Part shown: positions 52,952 to 63,902 of the stretch, in pieces
Position numbering within the stretch: the stretch's first letter is position 1
Layout of the letters: every line of letters starts with the position of its first letter
Origin: a virus
Taxonomy: Duplodnaviria; Caudoviricetes
DNA length: 64,000 bases
Reading direction: 5' to 3' (one strand)
Virus record (IMG/VR): IMGVR_UViG_3300019742_000001
Translations under genes and position numbers: made by a program
Notes under the pieces: generated by a model
The model's database searches: none
The model's input: the letters and a program-made list of their open reading frames with translations, nothing else
Told to the model about the DNA's origin: nothing

Positions 52952-53806
52952 TTAGATTGTAAATAGATCCTCTCCGTCAAACTCAAAGAAATTCTTAGAT
53001 AACCGTTCCATACGTTTGTATCCTTGAGTGAAGACATTTGAACTACCACCACGACCAGTAACATCATTAGCAGCGATTGAAGCAAGAACGTTATATGCAC
53101 CCCACCGTGTATTACCAACACCACAACGGATCAAGTGACCCTCATAAGAATCAATGATAGCATCTGCCTGTCGTTCAGACAAAAACCCTGTATTACCAAC
53201 AGCGTCGGTCTTGATGTTACTACGAATGAATGACTCAAAAGTTTGTTGGGTCATAACCTCACGACTCCACTGATCAAATAGTGCGGTCATATCCTGAAAT
53301 TTACGAAGTTGAGTAGTAAAATCATCACGAATACGATCAACTAATTCACAATGAACGTGAGAGTAGGTCTTACCGAACATTTTACTCAACAAAGTGGTGT
53401 TATTACGACGACGATAGGCGGAAACTGAGAAACCAACAGCAGATTTTCCATCATAACCATTCCAGATTGAAATCTTGGTTTGAACAACTTCACCACCAAC
53501 AACGATATTGAAATCATCACCGTCAAGAATATAATCTCGTTGCCACTTGTTCTGTTTCCAACTAAGATGGTCATCAATTTCTGTGATAGGTAAATCAGAA
53601 AATGCCTCGGAAAAAACATCCTCAACTTCTTGGTTAGTGATCAACTTATAAATACGACCTACCGTACCAAGTAACTGACCATTTTCACCGTTCAATAATA
53701 CATCACGTTCAACATCAACATCTTCTGTGACACCTTCATCAGTGATAAATTGGGTTGATAATTGGTTACGAAGTACAGGGTAAAATGGATTGATTTGAGT
53801 AGTCAT
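52952..53806 (-). CDS. DUF932 family protein
   Basis: LGTVGRIYKLITN.E, WNGYDG, C.N/C.E region, TRWGAYN; start MTTQI. Confidence 0.75.
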   Translation of the reverse strand: MTTQINPFYPVLRNQLSTQFITDEGVTEDVDVERDVLLNGENGQLLGTVGRIYKLITNQEVEDVFSEAFSDLPITEIDDHLSWKQNKWQRDYILDGDDFNIVVGGEVVQTKISIWNGYDGKSAVGFSVSAYRRRNNTTLLSKMFGKTYSHVHCELVDRIRDDFTTQLRKFQDMTALFDQWSREVMTQQTFESFIRSNIKTDAVGNTGFLSERQADAIIDSYEGHLIRCGVGNTRWGAYNVLASIAANDVTGRGGSSNVFTQGYKRMERLSKNFFEFDGEDLFTI

Positions 53807-53926
53807 ATATAATCTCCTGTTTAGAATGAATTGTTTCGTTCTCGACACAGAAAGATAATAACAAAACTACCCCGTTAAGTCTACTAAAAACTTAACAGGG
53901 TAATGTTTTTGGTATATGTAATGATT

Positions 53927-56149
53927 CTATACAGTTACAAACAAATCATTATCTTTTAGGTCTACCAGAATGGTTTGACCTTCTTCAACAGAACCTTTCA
54001 ACAACATTGTACCAATCTCTGTTTCCAAACGACCTGTTAAGTATCGTTTCAGAGGTCTAGCACCATATACAGGGTCATATGATACCGTTGCGACGTGTTC
54101 TGCAGCTTCATCTGTGATTTCCAGACCAATGTTCCGTTCTGCCAACCGTTTCTTAATGTCATTGAGACAAAGTTTAACGATTTCAGTTGTTTCATTACGA
54201 GTTAAAGGTTTAAAGGTAACAATATCATCAACACGATTCAAGAATTCTGGACGGAATCCCTTTTGTAGTTCTGACATCACCTTATCTTTTGCCGCATCTG
54301 TTACTTGACCATCTTGACCGATACCACTTAACAGGTATTGACTACCAATGTTAGAAGTCATAATGATTACAGTATTCTTGAAACTAACTGTCCGACCGTG
54401 ACCATCTGTGACACGACCATCATCAAGAATTTGAAGGAAAGTATTGAACACATCAGGGTGTGCCTTTTCAATCTCATCAAATAGGATAACTGAAAATGGT
54501 TTACGACGAACTGCCTCTGTTAACTGACCACCATCTTCATAACCAACATAACCGGGAGGTGCTCCTATCAGTCTGGAAACACTATGTTTTTCCCCATATT
54601 CTGACATATCAATACGGATAATGTTGTTCTCGTCATCAAACATTGACTCAGCAAGTGCTTTAGCCAACTCAGTTTTACCGACACCAGTTGGTCCCAAGAA
54701 AATGAATGATCCGATTGGACGGTTTGGATCTTTGATACCAGACCGACTACGAATAACTGCCTGTGATACCAGTGTGACCGCCTCTTCTTGACCAATCAAT
54801 CGTTTGTGAATCTCATCACCAATTTTAAGAATCTTTTCTGACTCACCTTCGGTTAAACGAGTCACTGGAATACCTGTCCAACGACTAACTACTGCAGCGA
54901 TCTCATCTTCATCAATAGCATCGTGTAACATACTACCACCATTGAATTCTAATAGAGTTTTTTCGTGGATATCAAGTTCTGTCTCCATTTTTGGAATGAT
55001 ACCGTATTTCAACTCTCCAGCACGTTCCAATACATTTTTTCGTTCACAAACTTCCAACTCATTCTTGGCGTTTTCAAGTAGTTCACGAAGATTTGCAACA
55101 CCTTTGATTGCGTTCTTTTCGGTGTTCCATTGAGTCATCAGGTCATCACATTCAACACGAAGTTCTACCAACTCACTTGTAATAACATCAACACGGATCT
55201 GTGAATTCTGATCAACCTCTTTTTTCAAAGCAGATTCTTCAATTTCAAGTTGTTGAATTCGTCGTGTAATTGAATCCAATGATGCTGGTAAACTATCAAG
55301 TTCTGTACGAACCATTGAACACGCCTCATCAACCAAATCAATCGCTTTGTCTGGTAAGAATCGGTCAGCAATATAACGATGTGATAACTTTGCCGCAGAT
55401 ACTAATGCTGAATCACGAACAGTAATTCCGTGATAAACCTCGTATGTTTCTTTCAAACCACGAAGAATTGAAATCGTATCCTCTACAGTTGGTTGTTCTA
55501 CCAAAATTGATTGGAAACGACGCTCTAATGCAGAATCTTTCTCAATGTTCTCACGATACTCATCAAGGGTGGTAGCACCAATACAACGAAGAACACCACG
55601 AGCTAATAATGGTTTTAGTTGATTTCCAACATCTACACCATTACTTGCACCCATACCAACCATATTATGGATCTCATCAATAAATAACATGATTTGACCA
55701 TCTTTTGATTGAACATAGTCAAGAATGAACTTCACTCGTTCCTCAAGTTCTCCCTGCATTTTGGTTCCTGCCATCAATGCACCAAGGTCAATTGAATAGA
55801 TAACCTTTTCTTTAAGTGAATCAGGAACGTCACCAGAGACGATTCGTTGTGATAAACCTTCAACAACCGCAGTTTTACCTACTCCCGGTTCTCCAATCAG
55901 AACAGGGTTATTCTTAGTTTTACGACATAAAATTTGAACCATACGTCGAATCTCAGAGTCACGACCAACTACAGGATCAAGTTCTCCTTGTCGTGCTTCT
56001 TCAACAAGATCACGACCATATTTTAATAAATCGTCATTAATCAAACGATCATCAATTTCTTCTTCTTCAACCTGTGGAGTATAATCAGGTCGTTCAACTC
56101 TCATACGAATCGCATCATCGATTGGTGGGGTTGTGTTCCATGCAGTCAT
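53927..56149 (-). CDS. clpB: ClpB-type AAA+ disaggregase lacking the N-terminal domain
   Basis: [24 protein letters not shown], coiled-coil M domain, [23 protein letters not shown]. Confidence 0.93.
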   Translation of the reverse strand: MTAWNTTPPIDDAIRMRVERPDYTPQVEEEEIDDRLINDDLLKYGRDLVEEARQGELDPVVGRDSEIRRMVQILCRKTKNNPVLIGEPGVGKTAVVEGLSQRIVSGDVPDSLKEKVIYSIDLGALMAGTKMQGELEERVKFILDYVQSKDGQIMLFIDEIHNMVGMGASNGVDVGNQLKPLLARGVLRCIGATTLDEYRENIEKDSALERRFQSILVEQPTVEDTISILRGLKETYEVYHGITVRDSALVSAAKLSHRYIADRFLPDKAIDLVDEACSMVRTELDSLPASLDSITRRIQQLEIEESALKKEVDQNSQIRVDVITSELVELRVECDDLMTQWNTEKNAIKGVANLRELLENAKNELEVCERKNVLERAGELKYGIIPKMETELDIHEKTLLEFNGGSMLHDAIDEDEIAAVVSRWTGIPVTRLTEGESEKILKIGDEIHKRLIGQEEAVTLVSQAVIRSRSGIKDPNRPIGSFIFLGPTGVGKTELAKALAESMFDDENNIIRIDMSEYGEKHSVSRLIGAPPGYVGYEDGGQLTEAVRRKPFSVILFDEIEKAHPDVFNTFLQILDDGRVTDGHGRTVSFKNTVIIMTSNIGSQYLLSGIGQDGQVTDAAKDKVMSELQKGFRPEFLNRVDDIVTFKPLTRNETTEIVKLCLNDIKKRLAERNIGLEITDEAAEHVATVSYDPVYGARPLKRYLTGRLETEIGTMLLKGSVEEGQTILVDLKDNDLFVTV

Positions 56150-56223
56150 TTATTTTTCCTTTCAAAGTGTTTGTTGTCAGTGAAGTTATATAATAACAGG
56201 TGGGGTTACAGGAGTCAATGGCT

Positions 56224-56574
56224 TTATGTCATTTGACTTTGAATGTAACCACAAGGAAGGTCATATTTAAATTCCATATAACCATAATCGTAGAAATCAT
56301 CGTCTTCCGCATCAACCAACCACTGAACTGCCGTCTTACGATCTGTTGCACCCATAGAGATAGTTTTATCAACTAAACTCTCAAATAGGGTTACGGATTT
56401 GTTGCGTCGATCTTGAATCCGATTATTCTCAGATTCAAGATCTTCAATCAAACTTTCCCAAATTACTTGTTTACGATCTGGTGTGGCAGTATAGAATTCG
56501 TGACTCCGTGGACGAAAACCATTAACATCTTTGTAAAGATCAGAGAATGTTTGTTCGTCATATGTGTAAGTCAT
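56224..56574 (-). CDS. conserved phage hypothetical protein
   Basis: YDEQTFSDLYKDVNGFRPR. Confidence 0.65.
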   Translation of the reverse strand: MTYTYDEQTFSDLYKDVNGFRPRSHEFYTATPDRKQVIWESLIEDLESENNRIQDRRNKSVTLFESLVDKTISMGATDRKTAVQWLVDAEDDDFYDYGYMEFKYDLPCGYIQSQMT

Positions 56575-56657
56575 AATAATTACCTTTCAACAGTGTAATA
56601 AGTTTGTCACCAGAAGAGAATCCAGTATAGACCCATCACCAACCATAGTCAAGATTT

Positions 56658-56963
56658 TTATGTCATTTCAGAATTAATCTCGGTACCGATCTCAAGGAAA
56701 CTCTTTCGCGATAATTGATCTCCATCTAATCGTGATTGAATCATACCACGAAGTTTCCTCAACTCTTTTTTACCAATCCTTTTACTAAATTCGTTTTGTA
56801 CATGACCTAGTGTAACTGGCAACATTTCACCTCGTTTTACACCTGTAGCATCTACATATGACAAATGAATCCATTTTATCATATCACCGACACCAAAATT
56901 CAAATAGGTTTTACTATCAATAACCAACACATCGTTACCTGATATAGACTGTTGCCATTCCAT
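56658..56963 (-). CDS. hypothetical protein
   Basis: 101 aa ORF. Confidence 0.5.
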   Translation of the reverse strand: MEWQQSISGNDVLVIDSKTYLNFGVGDMIKWIHLSYVDATGVKRGEMLPVTLGHVQNEFSKRIGKKELRKLRGMIQSRLDGDQLSRKSFLEIGTEINSEMT

Positions 56964-56965
56964 TA

Positions 56966-57175
56966 TTACTCACCTTTCTCCCACTCTTTAAAGTTTTCCC
57001 AAAGTTCTTGGTCAGTCATTTCAACTGGTAACATTAATGTAACTGTTGGCTCCATTTTATGAGTTTTTGATTTACATCCCGTCTTTTTAACATATCCATA
57101 TTTCTCAAAAAACTCAAGATATCTTGGGTTCCTCTTAATCTTTTCTAATACATACCGTTTGTACATCATATTCAT
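56966..57175 (-). CDS. hypothetical protein
   Basis: 69 aa ORF. Confidence 0.45.
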   Translation of the reverse strand: MNMMYKRYVLEKIKRNPRYLEFFEKYGYVKKTGCKSKTHKMEPTVTLMLPVEMTDQELWENFKEWEKGE

Positions 57176-57187
57176 ATTTTACTCCGT

Positions 57188-57655
57188 TTAAATTATATTT
57201 TGCCACCAACGACCTCTTTGTGGTTGTGGTTGTGGTTGTGGTTGTGGTTGTGGTTGTGGTTCTTGAAAACTATTCACATCCCATACATTTTGTTCTGATC
57301 TATTTCTCCGTTGTGCTTCCCTACGACGAAGTTGTTGTTGTATCTGAACTTCCATAACACGACGAATACGTTCCCATTCCCTTCGTGTCATCATAGGTTC
57401 TTGCCGTCTTACTGGTCTTTGACCTGTATCCCAAGGATCAACAGTTGTACGAACTTGTAATGTAACATCACCTTGAATAACAACACCTTGATTGATAGTT
57501 CCTTGAACTACCCCCCATTGAACAGCTAAATTGTATAATGCCTTTTTATTACTTCTATTTCGTAAAACTATACTCATCTTTTCAGACGGATTTGTTATGT
57601 TAGGGTTTGTATCAGGATGGATTAACTTGACTAGATCTGTAAAACTGATTTCCAT
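57188..57655 (-). CDS. protein with truncated J-domain-like HPD motif and QP repeat
   Basis: LVKLIHPDTNP; EPQPQPQPQPQPQ. Confidence 0.55.
   Translation of the reverse strand: MEISFTDLVKLIHPDTNPNITNPSEKMSIVLRNRSNKKALYNLAVQWGVVQGTINQGVVIQGDVTLQVRTTVDPWDTGQRPVRRQEPMMTRREWERIRRVMEVQIQQQLRRREAQRRNRSEQNVWDVNSFQEPQPQPQPQPQPQPQRGRWWQNII
57221..57260. repeat. (TGGTTG)n hexamer repeat encoding Gln-Pro
   Basis: About six to seven tandem copies visible. Confidence 0.85.
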
Positions 57656-57760
57656 TTGATTTCCTTTCGTTTAAGTAACTCCATTATAGACACATTCAAT
57701 CATATGTCAATGGATAAAAAGATGGGGATTGTATTCTCACACAACCCCCATCTTTCTCTA

Positions 57761-58156
57761 CTAACCCACTTCTGGATCTACTGGTTCAGTTTCTTCTGCT
57801 TTCGGTGACTTCTGTGGCACCTTCTTTGATTTTACACCATGAGATTTAACAATATGCATCTTCAATGCATGATTTGTCTCATAATCAGTTGATTCACACC
57901 AAGGACAAAGTAGTTTTGGTGGTAACTCAACAACCTTTTCCTCTTGTTTCGGACCACGAATCCCATCTAACGCCTTTGATGTAATCGCATGAATTGACTC
58001 ACGTACATCAAAATTATTGATCTTAAATCCTTCGGCTTTATTACCAACCTCTTGCATCAAATATCCCATAGCATCCTCTCTTGATTCTGCCAATAGATAT
58101 AACTTCCATGTTGCATCTTTTGTCTCGTAGCTAATCACAAACACTTGTAATGTCAT
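57761..58156 (-). CDS. C2H2 zinc-finger protein
   Basis: CPWC...HALKMHIVKSH. Confidence 0.7.
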   Translation of the reverse strand: MTLQVFVISYETKDATWKLYLLAESREDAMGYLMQEVGNKAEGFKINNFDVRESIHAITSKALDGIRGPKQEEKVVELPPKLLCPWCESTDYETNHALKMHIVKSHGVKSKKVPQKSPKAEETEPVDPEVG

Positions 58157-58386
58157 TCTTTTCCTCCGTTTTCGTTGGTTAACCTACCATATCTGGTGAT
58201 ATATTCAAAATTTCCTTTATTATCTGTTTTAATAACTTCATACCATGACACCTCTTGACCCAAATTTTTTGTTTCTTTTTGGTCAATCATTCTACCACCA
58301 TAAAGGAACTTGGTGTGTAGTTCTGGATTTACCATGTCGGTGAGACAAGGTGTGCATTGTATTTCGTGAAAATCTCTAATATTCAT
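58153..58386 (-). CDS. hypothetical protein
   Basis: 77 aa ORF. Confidence 0.5.
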   Translation of the reverse strand: MNIRDFHEIQCTPCLTDMVNPELHTKFLYGGRMIDQKETKNLGQEVSWYEVIKTDNKGNFEYITRYGRLTNENGGKE

Positions 58387-58564
58387 CCTCGGTAAGTTTC
58401 TCCAATCTTAATACTATATCATCCAATCGTTTATCCATCGATACTACAAATGTATTATATTCATCAACAATGACATAAACTTCTTGTAATAGCTTTTTCT
58501 GTACCTTACTTTTCCTCTTTAATTCCAACGTTCTTGTTAACAGTTGTATCTGTTCGTGAGCCAT
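58376..58564 (-). CDS. hypothetical coiled-coil protein
   Basis: 62 aa ORF. Confidence 0.5.
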   Translation of the reverse strand: MAHEQIQLLTRTLELKRKSKVQKKLLQEVYVIVDEYNTFVVSMDKRLDDIVLRLEKLTEDEY

Positions 58565-58619
58565 TCATATCCCCCTGTGAAATCAATCACAATTCTTTTT
58601 ATTATGGGTTCCACCGACT

Positions 58620-59714
58620 CTAATTAGTTCCAATTGTATCCAAAGTTTCATCTTCATCTGTAATAAGTCCTGTTAGTTCGGCATTTACGGATGAATACCC
58701 ACTTTGTTGTAATACTTTTTCAATCTCTTTTAATAATGGTTCAATATCAATATCAATCAAGGCATCATAAAAATTCGACTCACCCTGTACTTTCATATCA
58801 AGTAACTCACAAGCATACCAAGCTCCTGATTGCTTAATGAATCCCATTTCAAGACCTAAATCAACTACACCAGCGGTCATATTAACCCCTCGTTTATAAT
58901 CAATCTCAAATACTGCCTCTTGGAAGGGTGGACTGAATCTATTCTTCAATGTTGCAGCATAGATTCTGGTACCCATTACCTTTCCTCGGTCAGCGGCTTT
59001 CTTTGCATTTGGGTTCTCGTAAATACTTGATTTCTTTAGAGTTAATAGATAATCAGCAGCGAGTTTTGGATATTTACCACCACCAATCTGATCAGCATCA
59101 CCATAACCTGTAGGGTTACCATAGTAGTGACCAGCAGAAAATGCTATACTGTCTTGAATCTTAACAATACCAACTAACATTTTCATTATTCGTTTGATTT
59201 TCTTTTGAAGTGTTCCTTGGTCTGCCTTAACATCACCTTTCTTACCATCATCTAACATCTTACGAGATTCTAATGCACCAATACTATCAAGTGCAATTGC
59301 CATCTTTGTGCAACCTGAGTCAATGATATTAGCAAGTTCTACCATAATATCCTCTACCCAAGGTGTGGTGATAATTATTGCCTTTGTTGGATCGATACCC
59401 CAACGAGTTACGAATTCTCCTGTCCATGCACCTTCCGCATCAATGATAACTGGTGTGTAACCTTCTTGTTGTGCGGCGGCTAGGTTCAAACACATGAATG
59501 AACTCTTACCTGATGCCTCTGGTCCAACCAACAATGTATGGGTCTTTTCAGCAACACCTCTATACAATGATCCACTTAGAATTCTATTCAAATCATAAGT
59601 TGGTGTAAATAACCAATTTTGGATATTGGATACCTCTGATTCACTCAACACCATCATCCGTGAACCTTTTGATGATGAACAAAGTTTCGCCTTTATATCG
59701 TCAAAGGCACTCAT
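58620..59714 (-). CDS. uvsX: RecA/UvsX recombinase
   Basis: LNRILSG, GPEASGKS, IDAEGA, LDSIGAL, GGG, KNR..PPF. Confidence 0.92.
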   Translation of the reverse strand: MSAFDDIKAKLCSSSKGSRMMVLSESEVSNIQNWLFTPTYDLNRILSGSLYRGVAEKTHTLLVGPEASGKSSFMCLNLAAAQQEGYTPVIIDAEGAWTGEFVTRWGIDPTKAIIITTPWVEDIMVELANIIDSGCTKMAIALDSIGALESRKMLDDGKKGDVKADQGTLQKKIKRIMKMLVGIVKIQDSIAFSAGHYYGNPTGYGDADQIGGGKYPKLAADYLLTLKKSSIYENPNAKKAADRGKVMGTRIYAATLKNRFSPPFQEAVFEIDYKRGVNMTAGVVDLGLEMGFIKQSGAWYACELLDMKVQGESNFYDALIDIDIEPLLKEIEKVLQQSGYSSVNAELTGLITDEDETLDTIGTN

Positions 59715-59998
59715 TAGATAAACCTCGACAAGTCATCGTTAATAGTATTCAGACGATACTCCAACTCATCCAGTTTTCTGACCAAATATTCCGAATAATT
59801 CTGTGGATCTGTTTGTTTTTCTTCCACGTCATTAGACACAAGAGCATAACCAGACAAACTAACGGTCTTTGAATTGATTTGATTAACAGTCGCATTAATC
59901 TGATCCAATTTACCACTAATAAGTTCTGAAAATACAGGCTGTTTTTCCGATAACACATGTTCCGTGTGTGGTGACCCACTATATACGTCATTTTTCAT
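59714..59998 (-). CDS. hypothetical protein
   Basis: 94 aa ORF. Confidence 0.5.
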   Translation of the reverse strand: MKNDVYSGSPHTEHVLSEKQPVFSELISGKLDQINATVNQINSKTVSLSGYALVSNDVEEKQTDPQNYSEYLVRKLDELEYRLNTINDDLSRFI

Positions 59999-60047
59999 AT
60001 TATTCCCTCACATTTTTAATATAACAAATTAAGGTAGTTATGTAAAC

Positions 60048-60809
60048 CTACCTATATTTATTATTTGTATTTTTCACACCTTCTAACATTTCTGACTTAC
60101 ATCCCTTCTCAGACAACCATTCAATCATCATTTCAAGGTTATCAGGGAAACATTTACCACCAAATCCTCTTTTTCCATCAGGACCCGGAACTTCTAAATG
60201 ACTATTACTTATCCTACTATCACCTGAAAATAGTTTGACAGTCTCGTTCCAATCCAAACCACCTACCTCTGTCATATCTCTCATTTCATTCATAAAAGAT
60301 ATTTTTGTTGTGAAATATAGATTTATCATAAGTTTGACAAATTCTGCGGTCTTTGATGTGGTGATTTGTATAGGAACATAGGGAAATCTACATCTATATA
60401 GTTCTTCTATACTATCTACAAACTCACCACCTAGTATAATCCTCTCTTGATTCATAAAATCATTTACGGCTGTCCTATCCGTCAAAAACTCTGGATTAAA
60501 ACAAAAATTATTACCATAAATAGTCTGAATGTGTTCGGTGAATCCGATAGGGACGGTTGTTTTAATTATAAAATTAATGTCATCCCTACCAGATTCATTT
60601 ACAACTAATGATATCACTTCTTCCAATACCGTTTGATTGGGTAAACACAAGAATATGAAATCTCTGTCATACATAACATCAAGAGTAGATGTTGGTATCT
60701 TTTCTGGATCATACATTACTAAGTCTGGTATAACAGAACTAAACGAATGATATACAGCATTACCTATAACACCCATTCCTATAATACCAACTTTGTAATT
60801 ACTTACCAC
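60048..60809 (-). CDS. UDP-glucose/GDP-mannose dehydrogenase family (no C-terminal domain)
   Basis: GIIGMGVIG, KTTVP.G, FNPEFL, AEFVK...N...K, GFGGKCFP. Confidence 0.9.
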   Translation of the reverse strand: MVSNYKVGIIGMGVIGNAVYHSFSSVIPDLVMYDPEKIPTSTLDVMYDRDFIFLCLPNQTVLEEVISLVVNESGRDDINFIIKTTVPIGFTEHIQTIYGNNFCFNPEFLTDRTAVNDFMNQERIILGGEFVDSIEELYRCRFPYVPIQITTSKTAEFVKLMINLYFTTKISFMNEMRDMTEVGGLDWNETVKLFSGDSRISNSHLEVPGPDGKRGFGGKCFPDNLEMMIEWLSEKGCKSEMLEGVKNTNNKYR

Positions 60810-61644
60810 GACCCATCACCTTTAGTAATTCTTTGACAAATAATTCAATTTCTTGTTCTGATACGGATGGTTCAGGTGTTGGTTCCACGTTAAGTTGACT
60901 AATCACATCGTTCAACATAGACTTAAACACATCTGGTGATGGCGTTTCAGAAGGTGTTTGTAATTCATTGAGTTGATCAAATACATCTTTCAACATAGAC
61001 TGAAACACATCTGTTAGTAGTGATTCACCTTGTTCTTCTGTTACTGGTTGTTCTCCAACAGATTCTTGGTTCTCTTCCATTACATCCTTGAACGCATTAA
61101 CTTCTGCCAGTCTATCATACCCAAGAATGGAATACGAAAGACCCTCTGTGTAATAATCCAACTGATCATGATATTCATCTTCAAAAGGTGACCAGTAAAT
61201 GACGGTTTCAAAACTAAAATCTTCATTGTATTCTGGTTCCTTACCTTCAATCCATGATGGAGTGATACGGTATGTCCTGAAACCAGCACCATAATTAACA
61301 GGATTTTCATCAACAACTACGAGTTCAACACCCTCTACAATACCTTCTGATAAGTATCTTTTATATTGATTCATCTGGTGGATATGCTGATGATTAATAC
61401 GGTTAGATGTTAATGCGAATGTTCCGTGGTCAATGAGTTTTTGTCCCAACTGAATGGCATTTTCACCCCGTAACCACATGGTAATATCATTAATATTAAG
61501 ATACACCTCACGATCTTCATACGATCTTTCACCTGTTTGACCCTGAATATTGAATGTTACGTTACCATTCTCAGGGGATAGTGACGAATATGGGTAAACT
61601 AAAGTTTCCCCTTCCATTTGTTTTTTCATAACTGTTTGTACCAT
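60799..61644 (-). CDS. hypothetical protein
   Basis: 281 aa; internal repeat DVF(Q/K)SML(K/N)DV. Confidence 0.55.
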   Translation of the reverse strand: MVQTVMKKQMEGETLVYPYSSLSPENGNVTFNIQGQTGERSYEDREVYLNINDITMWLRGENAIQLGQKLIDHGTFALTSNRINHQHIHQMNQYKRYLSEGIVEGVELVVVDENPVNYGAGFRTYRITPSWIEGKEPEYNEDFSFETVIYWSPFEDEYHDQLDYYTEGLSYSILGYDRLAEVNAFKDVMEENQESVGEQPVTEEQGESLLTDVFQSMLKDVFDQLNELQTPSETPSPDVFKSMLNDVISQLNVEPTPEPSVSEQEIELFVKELLKVMGRGK

Positions 61645-62087
61645 TATTGTTTCTCCTTCCAGAAGTGGAAATCATTTCCCATACCATCTGATAAAATACT
61701 ATCTAATTCCATACTACCCGACTTGACAATTTCAATATCCTCTTCACTGTCAACGACAACCATCCGACCAAGAATACCAATTTCAACGGCAACTGGTTGG
61801 TTCTTATACTTTTCCCATGCACATTGACTATAATGACCCATCTTCAAGAAATCTAATTCTTGTTGACCACTACGACTTTGTGTTCCATATCGTTTACTAT
61901 ACTTCTTGACTTGTTCAACACAGGTTTCTACACTATAATCAGTGATCTCATCTGACCCAACATCACCATACTGAGGAACTGTATAATCATTCAAATGATC
62001 TTCCACTGCATCAGCATATTCACGCCATTGTTTTACTCGTTCTGATATCACTTCTTTACCACCACACTCACAAGTTTTTCTAGCCAT
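61644..62087 (-). CDS. hypothetical protein
   Basis: 147 aa; YTVPQYGD motif. Confidence 0.55.
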   Translation of the reverse strand: MARKTCECGGKEVISERVKQWREYADAVEDHLNDYTVPQYGDVGSDEITDYSVETCVEQVKKYSKRYGTQSRSGQQELDFLKMGHYSQCAWEKYKNQPVAVEIGILGRMVVVDSEEDIEIVKSGSMELDSILSDGMGNDFHFWKEKQ

Positions 62088-62240
62088 TCTCTATCTCCTT
62101 TAAGTTTGATAACATTCCACACGTGTTCATATCACACAGAAAACCGTCAACATGAATACAACCAATACTCTTATACACAATACACTGTCTTACTGGATCA
62201 TCCTTTCCAGAAATCAAATCATAAATCCATCCAAAAATCT

Positions 62241-62819
62241 TCATATTCTAAACAATCCTTCGTCAAAATATTTTTCCACTATTGCAATCTTATTTTCCTC
62301 AATATAATCATCTGGTAACATAACAGATCTAAATAAACTTGGTGTGTTCTCAACATCAGAACTTGTGTTTGGTGTTGATACCATAGTTATAATACCATTT
62401 GGTGACACGGATGGTAAGATGTTATCCCACATTTCATTCAATGACCCCGAAAAAGAACTAATCTCATCAATAAAAATACGGTCAACACGTCTACCATCCA
62501 TTCTATACGATGTGTTACTTGAAAATATATCCCTCGAAAACCTTTGTGTATCACGTCCTACTATACGTTGGCACATTAGTTGTACTGTTAATGTCATCAT
62601 ACGATGAGGTGTTATATATACAGAATTTGGAGTCTCAATAAATTTATTAACCAGTGCATATGTTTTACCTGACATTCTTGGTGACCATATACACAGATTA
62701 TCAGTCTCTTCTAAATATCTATCCCACATTTCAGTATAAGGTCTAGTAGCAACATTTTCAAGACCATGTTCGTTATTACGGATTAAATTCTCTATACTTA
62801 ATTCTGTCTCCTGACTCAT
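62241..62819 (-). CDS. stand-alone terminase-large-subunit-like ATPase domain
   Basis: SPRMSGKT Walker A, FIDEI Walker B, VSTPN coupling motif; no nuclease domain. Confidence 0.65.
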   Translation of the reverse strand: MSQETELSIENLIRNNEHGLENVATRPYTEMWDRYLEETDNLCIWSPRMSGKTYALVNKFIETPNSVYITPHRMMTLTVQLMCQRIVGRDTQRFSRDIFSSNTSYRMDGRRVDRIFIDEISSFSGSLNEMWDNILPSVSPNGIITMVSTPNTSSDVENTPSLFRSVMLPDDYIEENKIAIVEKYFDEGLFRI

Positions 62820-62994
62820 TAGAAACCTCCCTCACCAAACCACACCTTTTACAATAAACCTGTATCAGTGTATATACTCCATCCCGATTGATGTTTGGTT
62901 TGTTACTATTGGGTATAAATTCAACCCATCTGTGTCTGTATGGCACAAAGTCGTGTCCAAAATACTTACATTTTAATGACATCTTTTTTACCAA
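62776..62994 (-). CDS. hypothetical zinc-binding protein
   Basis: CKYFGH ... CKRCG. Confidence 0.5.
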   Translation of the reverse strand: MVKKMSLKCKYFGHDFVPYRHRWVEFIPNSNKPNINRDGVYTLIQVYCKRCGLVREVSNESGDRIKYREFNP

Positions 62995-63463
62995 CCTTCT
63001 TCACCCAAGAAACAAAGAATGGACTATAAGGGCGAAGTTTTACATAATTATCCAAATTCATATCAATAGTTTCTATCAACTCTCGTATGATCCCTTGTTG
63101 TTTAAATCTATCGTCTTCACCCATAATACCACTACAATAATCAAGTGTCTGGTTACCATCAGTACAATGTTTCACAAGAACTTCTTTTATCAACATTAGT
63201 TCGTCTGGTTTGAAGTTAGTAATAATACTATCGGTATTATTAGGTAATTCATCACCCATACTATCATTCAAAACCATATGTCGTTCAATTTCTTCTTGTT
63301 TGGTTGTTAATAGATCAAAAGCTTCATCACTTAACATCCCATCGTCCAACTCACTATACATTTCTTCTTGTATCTTTTTGAAATCTGAGGGTGAAATTGG
63401 AGTAGATTCATGAACTACTTGTGGTACCTCTTCCTTATCCATTAGTAGACTCATCACGGTCAT
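62966..63463 (-). CDS. hypothetical protein
   Basis: 165 aa ORF. Confidence 0.5.
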   Translation of the reverse strand: MTVMSLLMDKEEVPQVVHESTPISPSDFKKIQEEMYSELDDGMLSDEAFDLLTTKQEEIERHMVLNDSMGDELPNNTDSIITNFKPDELMLIKEVLVKHCTDGNQTLDYCSGIMGEDDRFKQQGIIRELIETIDMNLDNYVKLRPYSPFFVSWVKKVGKKDVIKM

Positions 63464-63902
63464 AGATTGACTCTGCCATCAGATCTAACCGTTCAGACCA
63501 ACGGTCATCATCAGCATTTTCACTGATTTCTTCATAAAATGTTTGTACTGTCGGTTTTCTTACACCATAAGGCATTTCCTTTTCAAAGTCACAATCTGCA
63601 TGATGCAATCCATGTGAAATAATCCTTACTTTATCACGATCAATCATTTCATCATAAACAGTCTTATCCAAATACAGAATATAGTCCACACCTTCTGGAT
63701 TGGTATTGTCAGCAGAAATATGCCGTAGGATAGGTGACGCTTTATCAAGTTTTACCAATGTATAGGTTCCACCTGATTTTCGTTTCTTCAAATCCATTAC
63801 AACTTCAATGTTACATCCATTAAGTACAGGGAACTTGTCTCTGATTACCTCTTTAACCTTATTTACTACTTGTGATGGTGCTTCCTCAAATCTTGATGCC
63901 AT
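63435..63902 (-). CDS. putative phage metallopeptidase-like protein
   Basis: DYILYLD...W-like, then SHGLHH, a degenerate HExxH. Confidence 0.55.
   Translation of the reverse strand: MASRFEEAPSQVVNKVKEVIRDKFPVLNGCNIEVVMDLKKRKSGGTYTLVKLDKASPILRHISADNTNPEGVDYILYLDKTVYDEMIDRDKVRIISHGLHHADCDFEKEMPYGVRKPTVQTFYEEISENADDDRWSERLDLMAESIYDRDESTNG

Noticed and set aside
493-63413. The plus-strand ORFs in the supplied track (e.g. 493-681, 4638-5114, 8501-8836, 23879-24181, 45172-45630)
   Set aside because: They are antisense shadows of well-supported minus-strand genes, with no RBS or recognisable motifs
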